Assembly (NCBI GenBank): GCA_041492755.1 | Contig: JBGPXN010000078.1 | Span: forward strand, 1-20,292 | Source: Candidatus Methylomirabilia bacterium | Lineage (GTDB): Bacteria; Methylomirabilota; Methylomirabilia; Rokubacteriales; CSP1-6 | Direction of reading: 5' to 3' | Length of the DNA stretch: 20,292 nt | The notes under the pieces: generated by a model | Database searches by the model: none | Told to the model about the DNA's origin: nothing | What the model saw: only the letters and a program-made list of their open reading frames with translations | Part shown: positions 7,440 through 20,164 of the stretch, piece by piece | Layout of the letters: each line of letters begins with the position of its first letter | How positions within the stretch are numbered: position 1 is the stretch's first letter | Translations under genes and position numbers: made by a program

Positions 7440-9014
7440 TCACGGCCTCCCGTTCGCCGCGTTCCCTGCCTGGGGCGCCTGGGCAGTGATCGGCTCGCCC
7501 CGACCTTCGGGCAGACGCTTCGGGAGCAGGAGCGCCACCCCGGCGCCGACGACACCCACGAGAGCGGCGACCCCGAAGGCCTGGTCGAAGCTGCGGCGCA
7601 CTGCGCCCACCAGCGCCTGGTGGAACGCGACGAGGTCCTGGACAGGCAGGCCCTTCCGCAGCGCATGGTCCTCGAGCGTCTTCAGCGACGTGACGAACTT
7701 CAGCGAGACTTCATCCGGCAGGAAATGACCCGGCAGCCCCCGCAGGGCATTCTCTCCGATGCGCCCCTCGAGCAGGGCGCCCAGCAGGATGATCCCGAAC
7801 ACCGCGCCCAGCTCGTTCACGGTCTTGTACACGCCCGCGCCCAGGCCGACCCGCTCACCGGCGATGGATTCGGTGGACACGCGGATCAGCGCCGGCGTCG
7901 AGAGACCGACGCCGGCGCCGGCGATCACGCTCGACCAGAGCACCACCGTCCCGGCCGACGCCGGATGCCACCAGACCGGGACCGCCACCGAGACGGCGAG
8001 CGCCAGAAGCCCGGTCGTCGCCAGAAGCCGGGGTCCGAGCCGATCGGTGAGCAGGCCCGCCAGCGGGGCGACCGCGAAGCTCGTGGCGGCGCACGGCGTC
8101 AGGAGCAGCCCGATCGTGCGGGGCGACGCGTCGGCGAGGAGCCCCGCGTACATCACCGAGAGGAACATGCCGCCGCTCATCGTCAGGAGCGCGAAGAGCA
8201 CCGAGAGATAGGCGGCGACGACACCCGGGCGACCCAGGGCCGGCAGGTCGACCAGCGGCGTTCGCGCGCGGCGCTCGATGGCCCAGAACGCGGTCGCGAG
8301 CAGCACGGCGACTCCGGCGAGCACCGCGCGCCCTTCAGCGCCGAGTCCCGGAGCCCCCATGATCGCGACGGCCAGCGCCAGCAGCGCCGCGCCGAGCGTC
8401 ACGAAGCCGCCGACGTCGAACGTCGGCTGCCGGCGGTCGTCAGCAGAGAGGAGCCGGTAGGTCGCGGCCGCCGCCGCCAGTCCCAGCGGCAGATCCACCA
8501 GGAACACGGCGCGCCATCCCCAGGTCTCCGTGATCGCGCCGCCCAGGGTGGGTCCGAGCGCGCCGCCGAGGGCGACGGCAGCACCCCACGTCCCCAGCGC
8601 GACGCCGCGCTGCCCCGCCGGAAAGAGATCGTGGATCAACGCGAGCGCGTTCGGGGCGAGCGCCGCTGCGCCCGCACCCTGGATCGCCCGAGCGGCGGCG
8701 AACTGCCACGGGCCGGCAGCGACCGAGGCGAGGCCGGAGCCCAGCACGAAGACGAGCTGGCCCCCGAGGTAGAGCCGCCGGCGCCCCACCGCGTCGCCCA
8801 GGCTCCCGAACCCGATCATGAGCGCGGCGAAGACGAGGTTGTAGCTCGTGAGGAACCACTGGACCGTGGGGAGACCCACGCGGAACTCGTCCATCAGCGG
8901 GACGACCGAGACGCTCAGGATGCCGCTCGAGAGCGTCGCCAGCGTGGAGCCGAGGAGCATCGACGCCAGGAGGAGCCATCGCCGGGCCGCGTCGGTCATG
9001 GGACGTCGAAGCAT
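7440..9014 (-). CDS. MFS transporter, DHA2 (EmrB/QacA-like, 14-TMS) family
   Basis: 'QWFLTSYNLVFA', motif A 'GSLGDAVGRRR', 'ARAIQGAG', motif C 'GGALGPTLGG', 'WGWRAVFLVDLPLG', 'ERRARTPLVDL'. Start ATG 9014 or 8999. Confidence 0.92.
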   Translation of the reverse strand: MLRRPMTDAARRWLLLASMLLGSTLATLSSGILSVSVVPLMDEFRVGLPTVQWFLTSYNLVFAALMIGFGSLGDAVGRRRLYLGGQLVFVLGSGLASVAAGPWQFAAARAIQGAGAAALAPNALALIHDLFPAGQRGVALGTWGAAVALGGALGPTLGGAITETWGWRAVFLVDLPLGLAAAAATYRLLSADDRRQPTFDVGGFVTLGAALLALAVAIMGAPGLGAEGRAVLAGVAVLLATAFWAIERRARTPLVDLPALGRPGVVAAYLSVLFALLTMSGGMFLSVMYAGLLADASPRTIGLLLTPCAATSFAVAPLAGLLTDRLGPRLLATTGLLALAVSVAVPVWWHPASAGTVVLWSSVIAGAGVGLSTPALIRVSTESIAGERVGLGAGVYKTVNELGAVFGIILLGALLEGRIGENALRGLPGHFLPDEVSLKFVTSLKTLEDHALRKGLPVQDLVAFHQALVGAVRRSFDQAFGVAALVGVVGAGVALLLPKRLPEGRGEPITAQAPQAGNAANGRP

Positions 9015-9027
9015 CGAACGAGGGCGC

Positions 9028-10688
9028 TCAGCGGGCGGCCGGGGTCCGAAGGACTTCTCGGATCGCCGCCTGCGCCTCGTCCTGGATCCTGCGCAGGTGA
9101 TCGCGCCCCTTGAAGCTTTCCGCGTAGAGCTTGTAGACCGCCTCGGTGCCGGAGGGGCGTGCCGCCCACCAGCCATGCTCGGCGATGACCTTGACGCCCC
9201 CGATCGGCTGCGCGTCACCGGGGGCCGCCGTCAGCACGGTCTTGACCGGCTCGCCGGCGACCTCGGTCAGCCCGAGGGTCTCCGCGGACAGCCGTGCGAG
9301 CACGGCCTTCTCCTCCGGCGTGGCGTCGGCGTCGATCCGCTCGTAGACCGGCTCGCCGAGGTCGCGCGTCAGGTCACGGTAGTGCTCGGCGGGATCGCGG
9401 CCGGTCCGGGCCATGATCTCCGCCGCGAGCAGCCCCATGATCAGGCCGTCCTTGTCCGTGGCCCACACCGTGCCGTCCCGGCGGAGGAACGAGGCGCCGG
9501 CGCTCTCCTCCCCGCCGAAGCCGAGAGAGCCTTCGAGGAGCCCCTGCACGAAGTGCTTGAAACCGACCGGGACCTCGACCAGGCGGCGGCCGATCCGCGC
9601 GGCCACGCGATCGATCATGCTGCTGCTGACGATCGTCTTGCCAACCGCGGCCCTCCCCGGCCAGCGGGGCCGATGCCGGAACAGATACCAGACGGCCGCG
9701 GCCAGATAGTGGTTGGGATTCAGCAGCCCGGCGCTCCGGGTCACGATCCCGTGCCGGTCGGCGTCGGGGTCGGTGGCAAAGGCCAGGTCGAACCGGTCGC
9801 GCAGCCCGATCAGCCGCGCCATCGCGTACGGCGATGAGGGATCCATCCGGATTTCCCGTCCCGGTCCAGGGTCATGAAGCGGAACGTGGGATCGACCTCC
9901 GCGTTCACGACGTCGAGCCGGAAGCCGTACCGCTCGCCGATCGCCTCCCAGTAGCCGACGCTGGCGCCACCGAGGGGATCGACCCCGAGCCTGAGTCCCG
10001 TGCCGCGCAGCACGTCCATGTCGATCACCGTCCCGAGGGCACCGACATACGACTCCAGGTAGTCGAAGAGATGGATCGTGTCCGCCCGGCGAACCCGCTC
10101 GTACGGTGCCCGCACCACCTCACGCAGGCCCTCCGTGAGAAGCGCGTTGGCCCTCTGCTCGATCCAGCGGGTGACCTGCGTGTCGGCCGGCCCACCTGAA
10201 GGCGGGTCGTATTTGAATCCCCCGTATTCGGGCGGGTTGTGCGATGGCGTGATCACGATCCCGTCGGCGAGCCCCTCCACGCGGCCCCGGTTGTAGGCCA
10301 CGATCGCTTGCGAGACCACGGGCGTTGGAGTGAAGCGGCCGTGGGCGTCGAGCATGACCTCGACCCCGTTGGCCGCCAGTACCTCGAGAGCGGTTACCCG
10401 TGCGGGCTCGGACAGCGCGTGCGTGTCCCAGCCCAGGAACAGCGGCCCGTCGATGCTCTGTTCCGTGCGGTAGAAACAGATCGCCTGGGTGATCGCGAGG
10501 ACGTGCCCCTCGTTGAAGCTCACGTCCAGTGCGGACCCGCGATGGCCCGACGTGCCGAACGCGACGCGCTGGGCGTGGACCGCCGGGTCGGGCCGCTCCG
10601 TGTAGTAGGCCGTCACGAGCCTGGGCACGTTCACCAGGCGCGAGGGTGGCGCCGGCTGCCTTTCCTCACGCCTCAGGCGCCGCTCCAC
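9028..10688 (-). pseudogene. pgm: Phosphoglucomutase (alpha-D-glucose phosphate-specific), split by a 1-bp frameshift at about 9851-9854 (true lesion or sequencing error)
   Basis: N-part (frame of ORF 9810..10961): 'VAFGTSGHRG', catalytic 'ITPSHNPP'; C-part (9028..9846): 'DPDADRHGI', 'GEESAG', 'ARPSGTE'. Adding one base to GGG AAA TCC GG ATG restores conserved '[14 protein letters not shown]'. Start uncertain (GTG 10688 or 10634). Confidence 0.9.
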
Positions 10689-13033
10689 TTCCACTCCCGG
10701 ATCTCCGGCATGTCCTCGCCATGGCGCTCGATGTACTGCCGGTGCTCGATCAGCTTGTCCCGCACTGCCTGCTTGGTATAGGCCGCCGTCGCCCCCAGCC
10801 CGGGCACGCGGTCGATCACGTCGGCCACCAGGTGGAAGCGATCCAGGTCGTTCCGGACGACCATGTCGAACGGAGTCGTCGTCGTGCCCTCCTCCTTGTA
10901 GCCGCGGACGTGGAGGTTCTTGTGGTTGGTCCGCCGGTAGGTGAGGCGGTGGATCAGCCACGGGTAACCGTGGAAAGCGAAGATGATCGGCTTGTCCGTC
11001 GTGAACAGCGTGTCGAACTCCCGGTCGGAGAGCCCGTGCGGGTGCTCGCTCGGGGGCTGGAGCTTCATGAGGTCCACCACGTTGATCACCCGTACCTTGA
11101 GAGCCGGGAACTCCTGGCGCAGCAGCCGGACGGCCGCCAGCGTTTCCAGCGTCGGCACGTCACCGGCGCACGCCATCACGACGTCGGGCTCGCCCCCCCG
11201 GTCGTTGCTCGCCCACTCCCAGATGCCGATGCCCGCGGTGCAGTGCTTGATAGCGGCATCCATGTCGAGGTACTGGAGTCCCGGCTGCTTGCCCGCCACG
11301 ATGACGTTCACGTAGTTCCGGCTGCGCAGGCAGTGGTCGGCGACCGACAGCAGCGTGTTCGCATCGGCTGGCAGGTAGACGCGGATCACGTCGGCCTTCT
11401 TGTTGACCACGTGATCGATGAAGCCGGGATCCTGGTGGGAGAAGCCGTTGTGGTCCTGGCGCCAGACGTGCGAGGTCAGCAGGTAGTTGAGTGACGCGAT
11501 CGGCCGCCGCCAGGCGATCTCGTTGCACACCTTCAGCCACTTCGCGTGCTGGTTGAACATCGAGTCCACGATGTGGATGAAGGCCTCGTAGCAGGAGAAG
11601 AAGCCGTGGCGTCCAGTGAGGAGGTAGCCCTCGAGCCAGCCCTGGCAGGTATGCTCGCTCAGGATCTCCATGACCCGCCCGTCCGGACCGAGCGATTCGT
11701 CCTCCGGACGCCGGTCGGCCATCCATGCCCGGTCGGTCACCTCGAACAGCGCCCCCAGGCGGTTCGACGCCGTCTCGTCGGGTCCAACGACACGGAAGTT
11801 GCGCCGGTCCTGGTTCAGCCGCATGACGTCGCGCAACAGCGCTCCCAGCACTCGGGTCGCCTCGGCGGACACCGTGCCGGGTTTCGGGACGTCGACCGCG
11901 TAGTCGCGGAAGTCCGGCATCTCGAGGTCCTGGAGGAGGAGACCGCCGTTGGCGTGCGGGTTGGCGCCCATGCGCCGCGTTCCCCGGGGGGCGAGCTCGG
12001 CGAGGTCGGGCCGGAGGCGACCCGACCCGTCGAACATCTCCTCGGGCCCGTAGCTCTTCATCCACTGCTCCAGCAGCTTGAGGTGCGCCGCGTTTGTCCT
12101 GACCTCGGCGAGCGGCACCTGGTGCGAGCGCCAGAAGTCCTCCGTCTTCTTGCCGTCGACCTCCTTGGGGCCGGTCCACCCCTTGGGCGTCCGGAGCACG
12201 ATCATCGGCCAGCGGGGCCGCCGGCGGGAGGTGCCGGCCCGCGCTTCCTGCCGGATGGCGCGGATGCGCTCGATCACCGTGTCCAGGGTCGCGGCCATCT
12301 GCTCGTGCATGGCCTCGGGGTCGGAGCCCTCGACGAAGAAGGGCTCGTGGCCGTAGCCGATGAGGAGACTCTCGAGCTCGCCACGGTCGATCCTCGCGAG
12401 AATCGTCGGGTTGGCGATCTTGTAGCCGTTGAGGTGCAGGATCGGCAGGACGGCGCCGTTCCTCGCAGGGTTCAGGAACTTGTTGGAGTGCCACGCGGCC
12501 GCGAGCGCCCCCGTCTCGGCCTCCCCGTCCCCCACGACACAGGCGACGATCAGATCGGGGTTGTCGAGCGCGGCCCCGTAGGCGTGCGCCAGCGAGTAGC
12601 CGAGCTCGCCTCCTTCGTTGATCGAGCCCGGCGTCTCGGGAGCGGCGTGGCTCGGAATCCCCCCCGGGAACGAGAACTGCTTGAAGAGGCGCCGCATCCC
12701 CTCGGCATCCTGGGCGACGTTCGGGTAGAGCTCGCTGTAGGTGCCCTCCAGATACGTGTTGGCGACCATCGCCGGCCCACCATGTCCGGGGCCGCACACG
12801 TAGATCATGTCCAGGTCGTACTTCTTGATGACCCGGTTGAGGTGGACGTAGGTGAAATTCAGCCCCGGCGTCGTGCCCCAGTGACCGAGCAGTCGGGCCT
12901 TGACGTGCTCGGGTGCGAGGGGTTGGCGGAGCAGGGCGTTGTCGAGGAGGTAGATCTGTCCGACCGAGAGGTAGTTGGCCGCCCGCCAGTAGGCGTCCAT
13001 GGCGCGAAGCTCGTCCGGGGAAAGTGTGCTCAA
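10673..13033 (-). CDS. xfp: Xylulose-5-phosphate/fructose-6-phosphate phosphoketolase
   Basis: '[15 protein letters not shown]', 'LGHWGTTPG', 'EGGELGY', ThDP motif 'GDGEAETG', '[14 protein letters not shown]', '[14 protein letters not shown]'; 786 aa; TTG start overlapping the upstream TGA. Confidence 0.97.
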   Translation of the reverse strand: MSTLSPDELRAMDAYWRAANYLSVGQIYLLDNALLRQPLAPEHVKARLLGHWGTTPGLNFTYVHLNRVIKKYDLDMIYVCGPGHGGPAMVANTYLEGTYSELYPNVAQDAEGMRRLFKQFSFPGGIPSHAAPETPGSINEGGELGYSLAHAYGAALDNPDLIVACVVGDGEAETGALAAAWHSNKFLNPARNGAVLPILHLNGYKIANPTILARIDRGELESLLIGYGHEPFFVEGSDPEAMHEQMAATLDTVIERIRAIRQEARAGTSRRRPRWPMIVLRTPKGWTGPKEVDGKKTEDFWRSHQVPLAEVRTNAAHLKLLEQWMKSYGPEEMFDGSGRLRPDLAELAPRGTRRMGANPHANGGLLLQDLEMPDFRDYAVDVPKPGTVSAEATRVLGALLRDVMRLNQDRRNFRVVGPDETASNRLGALFEVTDRAWMADRRPEDESLGPDGRVMEILSEHTCQGWLEGYLLTGRHGFFSCYEAFIHIVDSMFNQHAKWLKVCNEIAWRRPIASLNYLLTSHVWRQDHNGFSHQDPGFIDHVVNKKADVIRVYLPADANTLLSVADHCLRSRNYVNVIVAGKQPGLQYLDMDAAIKHCTAGIGIWEWASNDRGGEPDVVMACAGDVPTLETLAAVRLLRQEFPALKVRVINVVDLMKLQPPSEHPHGLSDREFDTLFTTDKPIIFAFHGYPWLIHRLTYRRTNHKNLHVRGYKEEGTTTTPFDMVVRNDLDRFHLVADVIDRVPGLGATAAYTKQAVRDKLIEHRQYIERHGEDMPEIREWKWSGA

Positions 13034-13203
13034 CGCCGAGCGCCTCCGGGGACCTGCAGGCGGAACCCGGCGCGCTGCCAGGCAAGCAGGCCGCCCTCCA
13101 GATTCCAGACGTCGCGGTAGCCGAGCGCGACGAGCGTGTGCGCCGCGATGGCGCTCGTCCGCCCGCTCTGGCAGTAGACATCCGTCTTCATGCGTCCGCT
13201 CAT
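13030..13203 (-). pseudogene. Truncated rhodanese-like (sulfurtransferase) protein, C-terminal half only, 57 aa
   Basis: '[38 protein letters not shown]' is the active-site loop plus C-terminal rhodanese signature; the N-terminal 'DVR..E...GHI.GA' half is absent. ATG 13203 has a strong SD (GAGGGAG). Confidence 0.75.
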
Positions 13204-13246
13204 ATCTTCTCCCTCGCGAGCCGGCCCGTCGCCCTGCAGAATTCGT

Positions 13247-14176
13247 TCACGCCCCACGCTGTGCCGGCGCGCCAGCGCCTCCGGCGCCGCCCGGTGCGGA
13301 CGGCTTCAGGTTCCGGCGTGGCCAGGCGACGCACCCCACGCCGCCCAGCACGGCTGGGATACCGATCAGAGCCCCGGAGGTCACCCGTTCCTGGTAGATG
13401 GCCACCGCGAGCGCGAACGCAAACGGCGGCGCGAGCAACGTGAGCGCGTTCAAGGGAATGACCTCGCTATCACGAACCAGGCGATACCAGACCCAGGAGG
13501 CGCCCGCGGAGCCGGCGAGACCGAGGAACAGGAGACCCGCCAGGAACCGCCATGACCACACGACCTCCCCGGGATGTTCCACCGCGAGGGACCAGGCCAG
13601 CAGCGGCACCGAGCCGAGCACGTATTGCCAGGCGTTCGCCGTCAGCGCGTCCAGGTCGGTGGCGATGTGCTTGGTCACGAGGGTTGCGGCTCCGAGACCG
13701 CCGGCGGAGAGCAGCGCGATCGCCGATCCCTCCCAGCTCCCGAGATTGCCGGGTTCGGCGATCAGGATCAGCCCGACGCCGCCGAAACCAAGCAGGAGGC
13801 CAGCGAGCCGGCCCGGCGTGAGACGCTCGCCGAACCAGAGCGCCGCGAACGGCGCCACCAACAGCGCCTGGCTGTTCGCCAGCACTGACGGCAGGGCGGC
13901 ACCGGCCAGTCCCACCGAGAGGAACATCGCCCCGAGGCCGATCGTCGTGTTGGTGACAGCCAGGAGCACGATCCATCCCCACGCCCGACCAGGCGGGAAC
14001 GCGACGCCCCGCCTGGCGGCCAGCGCCAGCAGCGGCACGCCCCCGACCAGCGCGCGCAGACCCGCGTACAGCCGCGGCGGCGCATCGCCCCCGCTCGCCT
14101 TGATGACGACGAAGCAGGTGCTCCAGATCAGCACGACGCCGAGGCCCATGGCGAGGTGTCGCACCTTCCCGCGCAC
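13247..14176 (-). CDS. DMT/EamA family transporter
   Basis: About 10 hydrophobic helices in two repeats; 'LIWSTCFVVIK', 'LRAL', 'LWFGERL', 'GLLLGFGGVGLI', 'IYQERV'. Start placed at GTG 14176 (GGAG 6 nt upstream); uncertain. Confidence 0.9.
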   Translation of the reverse strand: MRGKVRHLAMGLGVVLIWSTCFVVIKASGGDAPPRLYAGLRALVGGVPLLALAARRGVAFPPGRAWGWIVLLAVTNTTIGLGAMFLSVGLAGAALPSVLANSQALLVAPFAALWFGERLTPGRLAGLLLGFGGVGLILIAEPGNLGSWEGSAIALLSAGGLGAATLVTKHIATDLDALTANAWQYVLGSVPLLAWSLAVEHPGEVVWSWRFLAGLLFLGLAGSAGASWVWYRLVRDSEVIPLNALTLLAPPFAFALAVAIYQERVTSGALIGIPAVLGGVGCVAWPRRNLKPSAPGGAGGAGAPAQRGA

Positions 14177-14422
14177 CGGCGGCTCCACGGCTACCTCGAG
14201 CCCACCGGATCGAGCCTCCCGAACCGCGCGTACCACGGCCACCATCGCTCCCGGATCGCCGGCCGATTTACCAGCTCGGCCATCGGGCCGACCCACCGCC
14301 GCGGCCCGCGGACGACTGCCCGCTGCGCCTGACGCTTCATGCCGGGCTCGGCGAGTACAGGGCCGGGCGGATTCCCTCCGCCGTCAGCGGCAGGCAGTGC
14401 CCCGCCCGCCCCGCCGCCGCCG

Positions 14423-14566
14423 TCATTTCGCGTACTTCTCGAGCGCCTTCTCGAAGGTCACCTTGCAAGCGGCCGAGCAGAAGTAGTAGGTCTTGCCGCC
14501 GCGGCTGGCGGTGGCCGTCGCCTTCTTCTCGTCCACGTTCATTCCGCACACGGGGTCCTTTGCCAT
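14423..14566 (-). CDS. Stand-alone YHS/TRASH domain protein (47 aa), copy 1
   Basis: Manual translation MAKDPVCGMNVDEKKATATASRGGKTYYFCSAACKVTFEKALEKYAK; DPVCGM...YYFCSxxC motif; SD AGGGAGGT. Missing from the ORF track (too short). Confidence 0.93.
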   Translation of the reverse strand: MAKDPVCGMNVDEKKATATASRGGKTYYFCSAACKVTFEKALEKYAK

Positions 14567-14609
14567 GACCGACCTCCCTGACCTTTGAGGGTGAGGTGCG
14601 CACTGACGT

Positions 14610-16727
14610 TCATGCGCAGGCCCGGAGCAGCACCAGCGACCGTCCGGTCAGTTCGAGACCGGCTCCGACGTCGAACCGGGGCCGCGGCTCATCATGGTCC
14701 GGCGCCGTGTCCACGAGCACTTCCCACCTCGTGCCGGGATGCGCATCCGGCAGCACGAACGCGACGCCGTTCGTGTGCGCGTTGAGCAGGACGAGCAGCG
14801 TGTCGTCCGTGATCGGCTCACCGAGTTCGTCGACCTCGTCCATGGCGTGGCCGCAGAGCCGGAAGCCGAAGGCCTTGAGTGTCGACTCCTGCCACTCCGC
14901 CGGGGTCATCTCCCCGCCGTCCGGGCGGAGCCAGGCCAGATCCTTCATGCCGGCCGCGCACAGCGGCCGGCCCTGGAAGAACTTGCGCCGGCGGAACTCG
15001 GCGTGCTCGAGCCGGAGTCGGATCAAGCGGCGCGCGAACGCCAGCAGGCGGCGCGCACGCTCGTCCAGGTTCCAGTCGAACCACGACAGCTCGTTGTCCT
15101 GGCCGTACGCGTTGTTGTTGCCGTGCTGGGTCCGCCCGATCTCGTCGCCCCCGCACAGCATCGGTACGCCCTGCGAGAGGACGAGTGTCGCCAGGAAGTT
15201 TCGCTGCTGCCGCTCGCGCAAAGCCAGGACGGTGGGATCGTCGGTGGGTCCTTCGGCGCCGCAGTTCCAGGAGAGGTTGTCGTCCGTCCCGTCGCGATTG
15301 TCCTCGCCGTTGGCCTCGTTGTGCTTGGTGTTGAAACTGACCAGGTCCGCCAGCGTGAAGCCGTCGTGCGCCGTGACGAAGTTCACGCTCGCATACGGGC
15401 GGCGGCCGTCGCTCTGGTAGAGGTCGCTCGACCCCGTGAGCCGGTAGGCCAGCTCGGCCACCTGCCCGGGATCGCCCCGCCAGTACCGGCGAAACGCATC
15501 ACGATAGCGGCCGTTCCATTCCGCCCACCCGGGCGGGAAGTTGCCGACCTGGTAGCCTTCCTTCCCGAGGTCCCACGGCTCGGCGATGAGCTTGACCTGG
15601 GAGATCACCGGATCCTGATGAATCACCTCGAAGAAGGTCGAGAGCCGGTCCACGTCGCGGAGGTCCCTGGCCAGTGCCGCGGCGAGGTCGAAGCGGAACC
15701 CGTCCACGTGCATCTCGAGGACCCAGTAGCGCAGGCTGTCCATCAGGAGCTGGATCGCCCGGGGCTGGCGCGTGTTCAGGGTGTTGCCACAGCCGGTGTA
15801 GTCCACGTAGTAACGCGGCTGATCGGGGGCGAGGCGGTAGTAGGCCTCGTTGTCGATGCCGCGGAAGCAAAGGGTTGGTCCCAGATGATTCCCCTCGGCC
15901 GTGTGGTTGTAGACGACGTCCAGGATCACCTCGATCCCCGCCTGATGGAGCGCCTTGACCATGCGCTTGAACTCGGTCACCTGCTCCCCGCGGCAGCCCG
16001 TGCTCGAGTACCGCGCCTCGGGGGCGAAGAACGCGATCGGGTTGTAACCCCAGTAGTTGGTGAGGCCGCGCTGGACGAGCGCCTGCTCGTCCACGTGATG
16101 GTGGACCGGGAGCAGCTCGACGGCGGTGATCCCGAGCGAAGTGAGATACGCGAGGACGGCGGGAGACGCGAGCCCGGCATAGGTGCCGCGCAGCTCTGGC
16201 GGCACGCCCGGGTGCCGCGCCGTGAAGCCCTTGACGTGGACCTCGTAGATCACGGTCCGGTGCCAGGGCCGGCGCGCCGGGCGGTCGTCGCCCCAGTCGA
16301 AGGCGCCGTCGATGACCACCGACTTCGGCACGAAGGGCGCGGAATCGCGTTCGTCTCGCGAGAGATCCCCGGCCCGATGGTTCACGCGGTAGCCGAAGAT
16401 CTTGTCGGACCAGCGGAGCGCTCCGGCGAGGGCCCGGGCATACGGGTCGATCAGGAGCTTCGCCGGGTTGAAGCGGTGTCCCCGCTCTGGCTCGTAGGGC
16501 CCGTGGACACGGTAGCCGTAGAGCTGGCCCGGGCGGGCGTCGGGGAGATACCCGTGCCAGACGAGGTCGGTTCGCTCGGTGAGCCACACGCGCTCTTCGC
16601 TCGACCCGGTCGCGTCGAACAGGCAGAGCTCGACGGCGGTCGCGTGCTCGCTGAACAGCGCGAAGTTCACGCCGCCGGCGTCCCGGACGGCGCCCAGAGG
16701 GTACGGGCGCCCTGGCCACACTCTCAC
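14610..16727 (-). CDS. glgX: Glycogen debranching enzyme (GH13 isoamylase type)
   Basis: '[11 protein letters not shown]', '[11 protein letters not shown]', 'NYWGYNP', '[10 protein letters not shown]', catalytic 'DGFRFDLA', 'AEPWD', '[10 protein letters not shown]'. GTG start at 16727 overlaps the upstream TGA. Confidence 0.97.
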   Translation of the reverse strand: MRVWPGRPYPLGAVRDAGGVNFALFSEHATAVELCLFDATGSSEERVWLTERTDLVWHGYLPDARPGQLYGYRVHGPYEPERGHRFNPAKLLIDPYARALAGALRWSDKIFGYRVNHRAGDLSRDERDSAPFVPKSVVIDGAFDWGDDRPARRPWHRTVIYEVHVKGFTARHPGVPPELRGTYAGLASPAVLAYLTSLGITAVELLPVHHHVDEQALVQRGLTNYWGYNPIAFFAPEARYSSTGCRGEQVTEFKRMVKALHQAGIEVILDVVYNHTAEGNHLGPTLCFRGIDNEAYYRLAPDQPRYYVDYTGCGNTLNTRQPRAIQLLMDSLRYWVLEMHVDGFRFDLAAALARDLRDVDRLSTFFEVIHQDPVISQVKLIAEPWDLGKEGYQVGNFPPGWAEWNGRYRDAFRRYWRGDPGQVAELAYRLTGSSDLYQSDGRRPYASVNFVTAHDGFTLADLVSFNTKHNEANGEDNRDGTDDNLSWNCGAEGPTDDPTVLALRERQQRNFLATLVLSQGVPMLCGGDEIGRTQHGNNNAYGQDNELSWFDWNLDERARRLLAFARRLIRLRLEHAEFRRRKFFQGRPLCAAGMKDLAWLRPDGGEMTPAEWQESTLKAFGFRLCGHAMDEVDELGEPITDDTLLVLLNAHTNGVAFVLPDAHPGTRWEVLVDTAPDHDEPRPRFDVGAGLELTGRSLVLLRACA

Positions 16728-17392
16728 GTGCTGGAGGCCGCCGCGCCGGGCCCGGCTCCGGAACCGACACGCGGGACCCATGCCGGCGTGCGGGCCGCGT
16801 AGCGGGCGTATGCGTCGCCGAACTCCACCCTCACCTCGCGCTCCTCGCGCCGCGCGAGGCGGACGTACATGGTGACCAGCACCGGAAACATCACCAGGGT
16901 CAGGATCGTTGGCCACTGCAGCAGGAATCCGAACATGATCAGCACGAACCCCGCGTACTGCGGATGGCGAACCCGGGCATAGGGGCCGGTGGTCGCCAGC
17001 GTCCGGCTGCGCTGCGCCGCGTACAGCACCTTCCACGCGTTGGCCAGCAGGATGAAGCCGCCGCCGATGAAGATGGCGCTCAGCAGGTGAAACGGGCCGA
17101 AGTGCGGGCTACCGCGCCAGCCGAACAGCATCTCCAGCAGATGGCCGGCGTCGTGCGAGAACCAGTCGACGCCGGGATAGCGGCGTTGCAGCCAGCCCGA
17201 CAGCAGGTAAATCGTCAGCGGGAAGCCGTACATCTCGGTGAAGAGCGCTACCAGGAACGCCGAGAATGCGCCGAACGAGCGCCAGTCCCGGCTCGTCCGA
17301 GGATGCGTGAAGCTGAAGGCGAAGATGATGAAGACGAGCGAGTTGATGATCACCAGAAACCAGAGGCCATAGGCGGGAGCATCCGTCGTCAT
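16724..17392 (-). CDS. Isoprenylcysteine carboxyl methyltransferase / PEMT-family membrane protein
   Basis: '[22 protein letters not shown]', '[14 protein letters not shown]', SAM-site motif '[15 protein letters not shown]', 'REERE...FGDAYARY...TP'. ATG at 17392. Confidence 0.9.
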   Translation of the reverse strand: MTTDAPAYGLWFLVIINSLVFIIFAFSFTHPRTSRDWRSFGAFSAFLVALFTEMYGFPLTIYLLSGWLQRRYPGVDWFSHDAGHLLEMLFGWRGSPHFGPFHLLSAIFIGGGFILLANAWKVLYAAQRSRTLATTGPYARVRHPQYAGFVLIMFGFLLQWPTILTLVMFPVLVTMYVRLARREEREVRVEFGDAYARYAARTPAWVPRVGSGAGPGAAASST

Positions 17393-17639
17393 GCTCCTGT
17401 CCTCCCCGATTCCGGATGCTGACCCTGGCCGGGCGTTCGCGGCCCCTTGTGCCCACCGTGCCCGAACAGGTGCAACAGCGGGCACAGGAGCAGCAGGACG
17501 AATGGCAGGACACCCAGGGCGTGCGCCCGATGCTCGGTGAAGAGGAAGAACCCGGCGATCCCGAGAAAGGCCAGGAGCGCCCATCCCGTGCGCGTACGCC
17601 ACCAACTCCTGCCATCCGGCGGATGTTCGTGATCCATTC

Positions 17640-17643
<4 letters not shown>
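17389..17643 (-). CDS. DUF2933-like small membrane protein (84 aa)
   Basis: 'FFLFTEHRAHALGVLPFVLLLLCPLLHLFGHGGH' matches the EHxxH...CPLxHxFxHGGH pattern of DUF2933; ATGA overlaps at both ends. Confidence 0.88.
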
Positions 17644-19820
<2,177 letters not shown>

Positions 19821-19979
19821 CGTTCAGGCCGCGCTCCGGTGGCGGTGCGCGGCCGCCGCCTGGCCGACCGGTTCAGCCATCGGGCGCGGCCCGGGCGTCG
19901 TCGTGCGCAGGCCCGGAAGCCGGGCCCGCTTCAACAGCAGCGCGTAGTTTCGGGTCATCGGTTTCGAGTCAGCCCGCCG

Positions 19980-20126
19980 TCACTTCGCCGCGTACTTGTC
20001 TGGCGCCTTCTCGAACGTGGCCTTACAACCCGCGGAGCAGAAGTAGTACGTCTTGCCCCCGAGCGTCGCCAGGGCGGCGGCCTTCTTCTCATCCACTTGC
20101 ATCCCGCACACCGGATCCTTCGTCAT
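19980..20126 (-). CDS. Stand-alone YHS/TRASH domain protein (48 aa), copy 2
   Basis: MTKDPVCGMQVDEKKAAALATLGGKTYYFCSAGCKATFEKAPDKYAAK; SD AAGGAGG upstream of ATG 20126. Confidence 0.93.
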   Translation of the reverse strand: MTKDPVCGMQVDEKKAAALATLGGKTYYFCSAGCKATFEKAPDKYAAK

Positions 20127-20164
20127 GTTGCCCTCCTTTGATGTGCCGTCACCGTTTGCATCGC

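Noticed and set aside
9851..9858. GGGAAAT at the pgm break as a programmed -1 frameshift site
   Set aside because: The heptamer is not phased as X XXY YYZ relative to the upstream frame (codons are GAC GGG AAA TCC), and pgm is not known to be recoded.
14177..14422. Possible short ORF, G-rich tract (GGCGGCGGCGGGGCGGGCGGGG) and GGCGGA-N5-TCCGCC dyad between YHS and the DMT gene
   Set aside because: ORF has no SD or motif; only three G3+ runs, so not a canonical quadruplex; a 6-bp dyad is expected by chance at this GC content.
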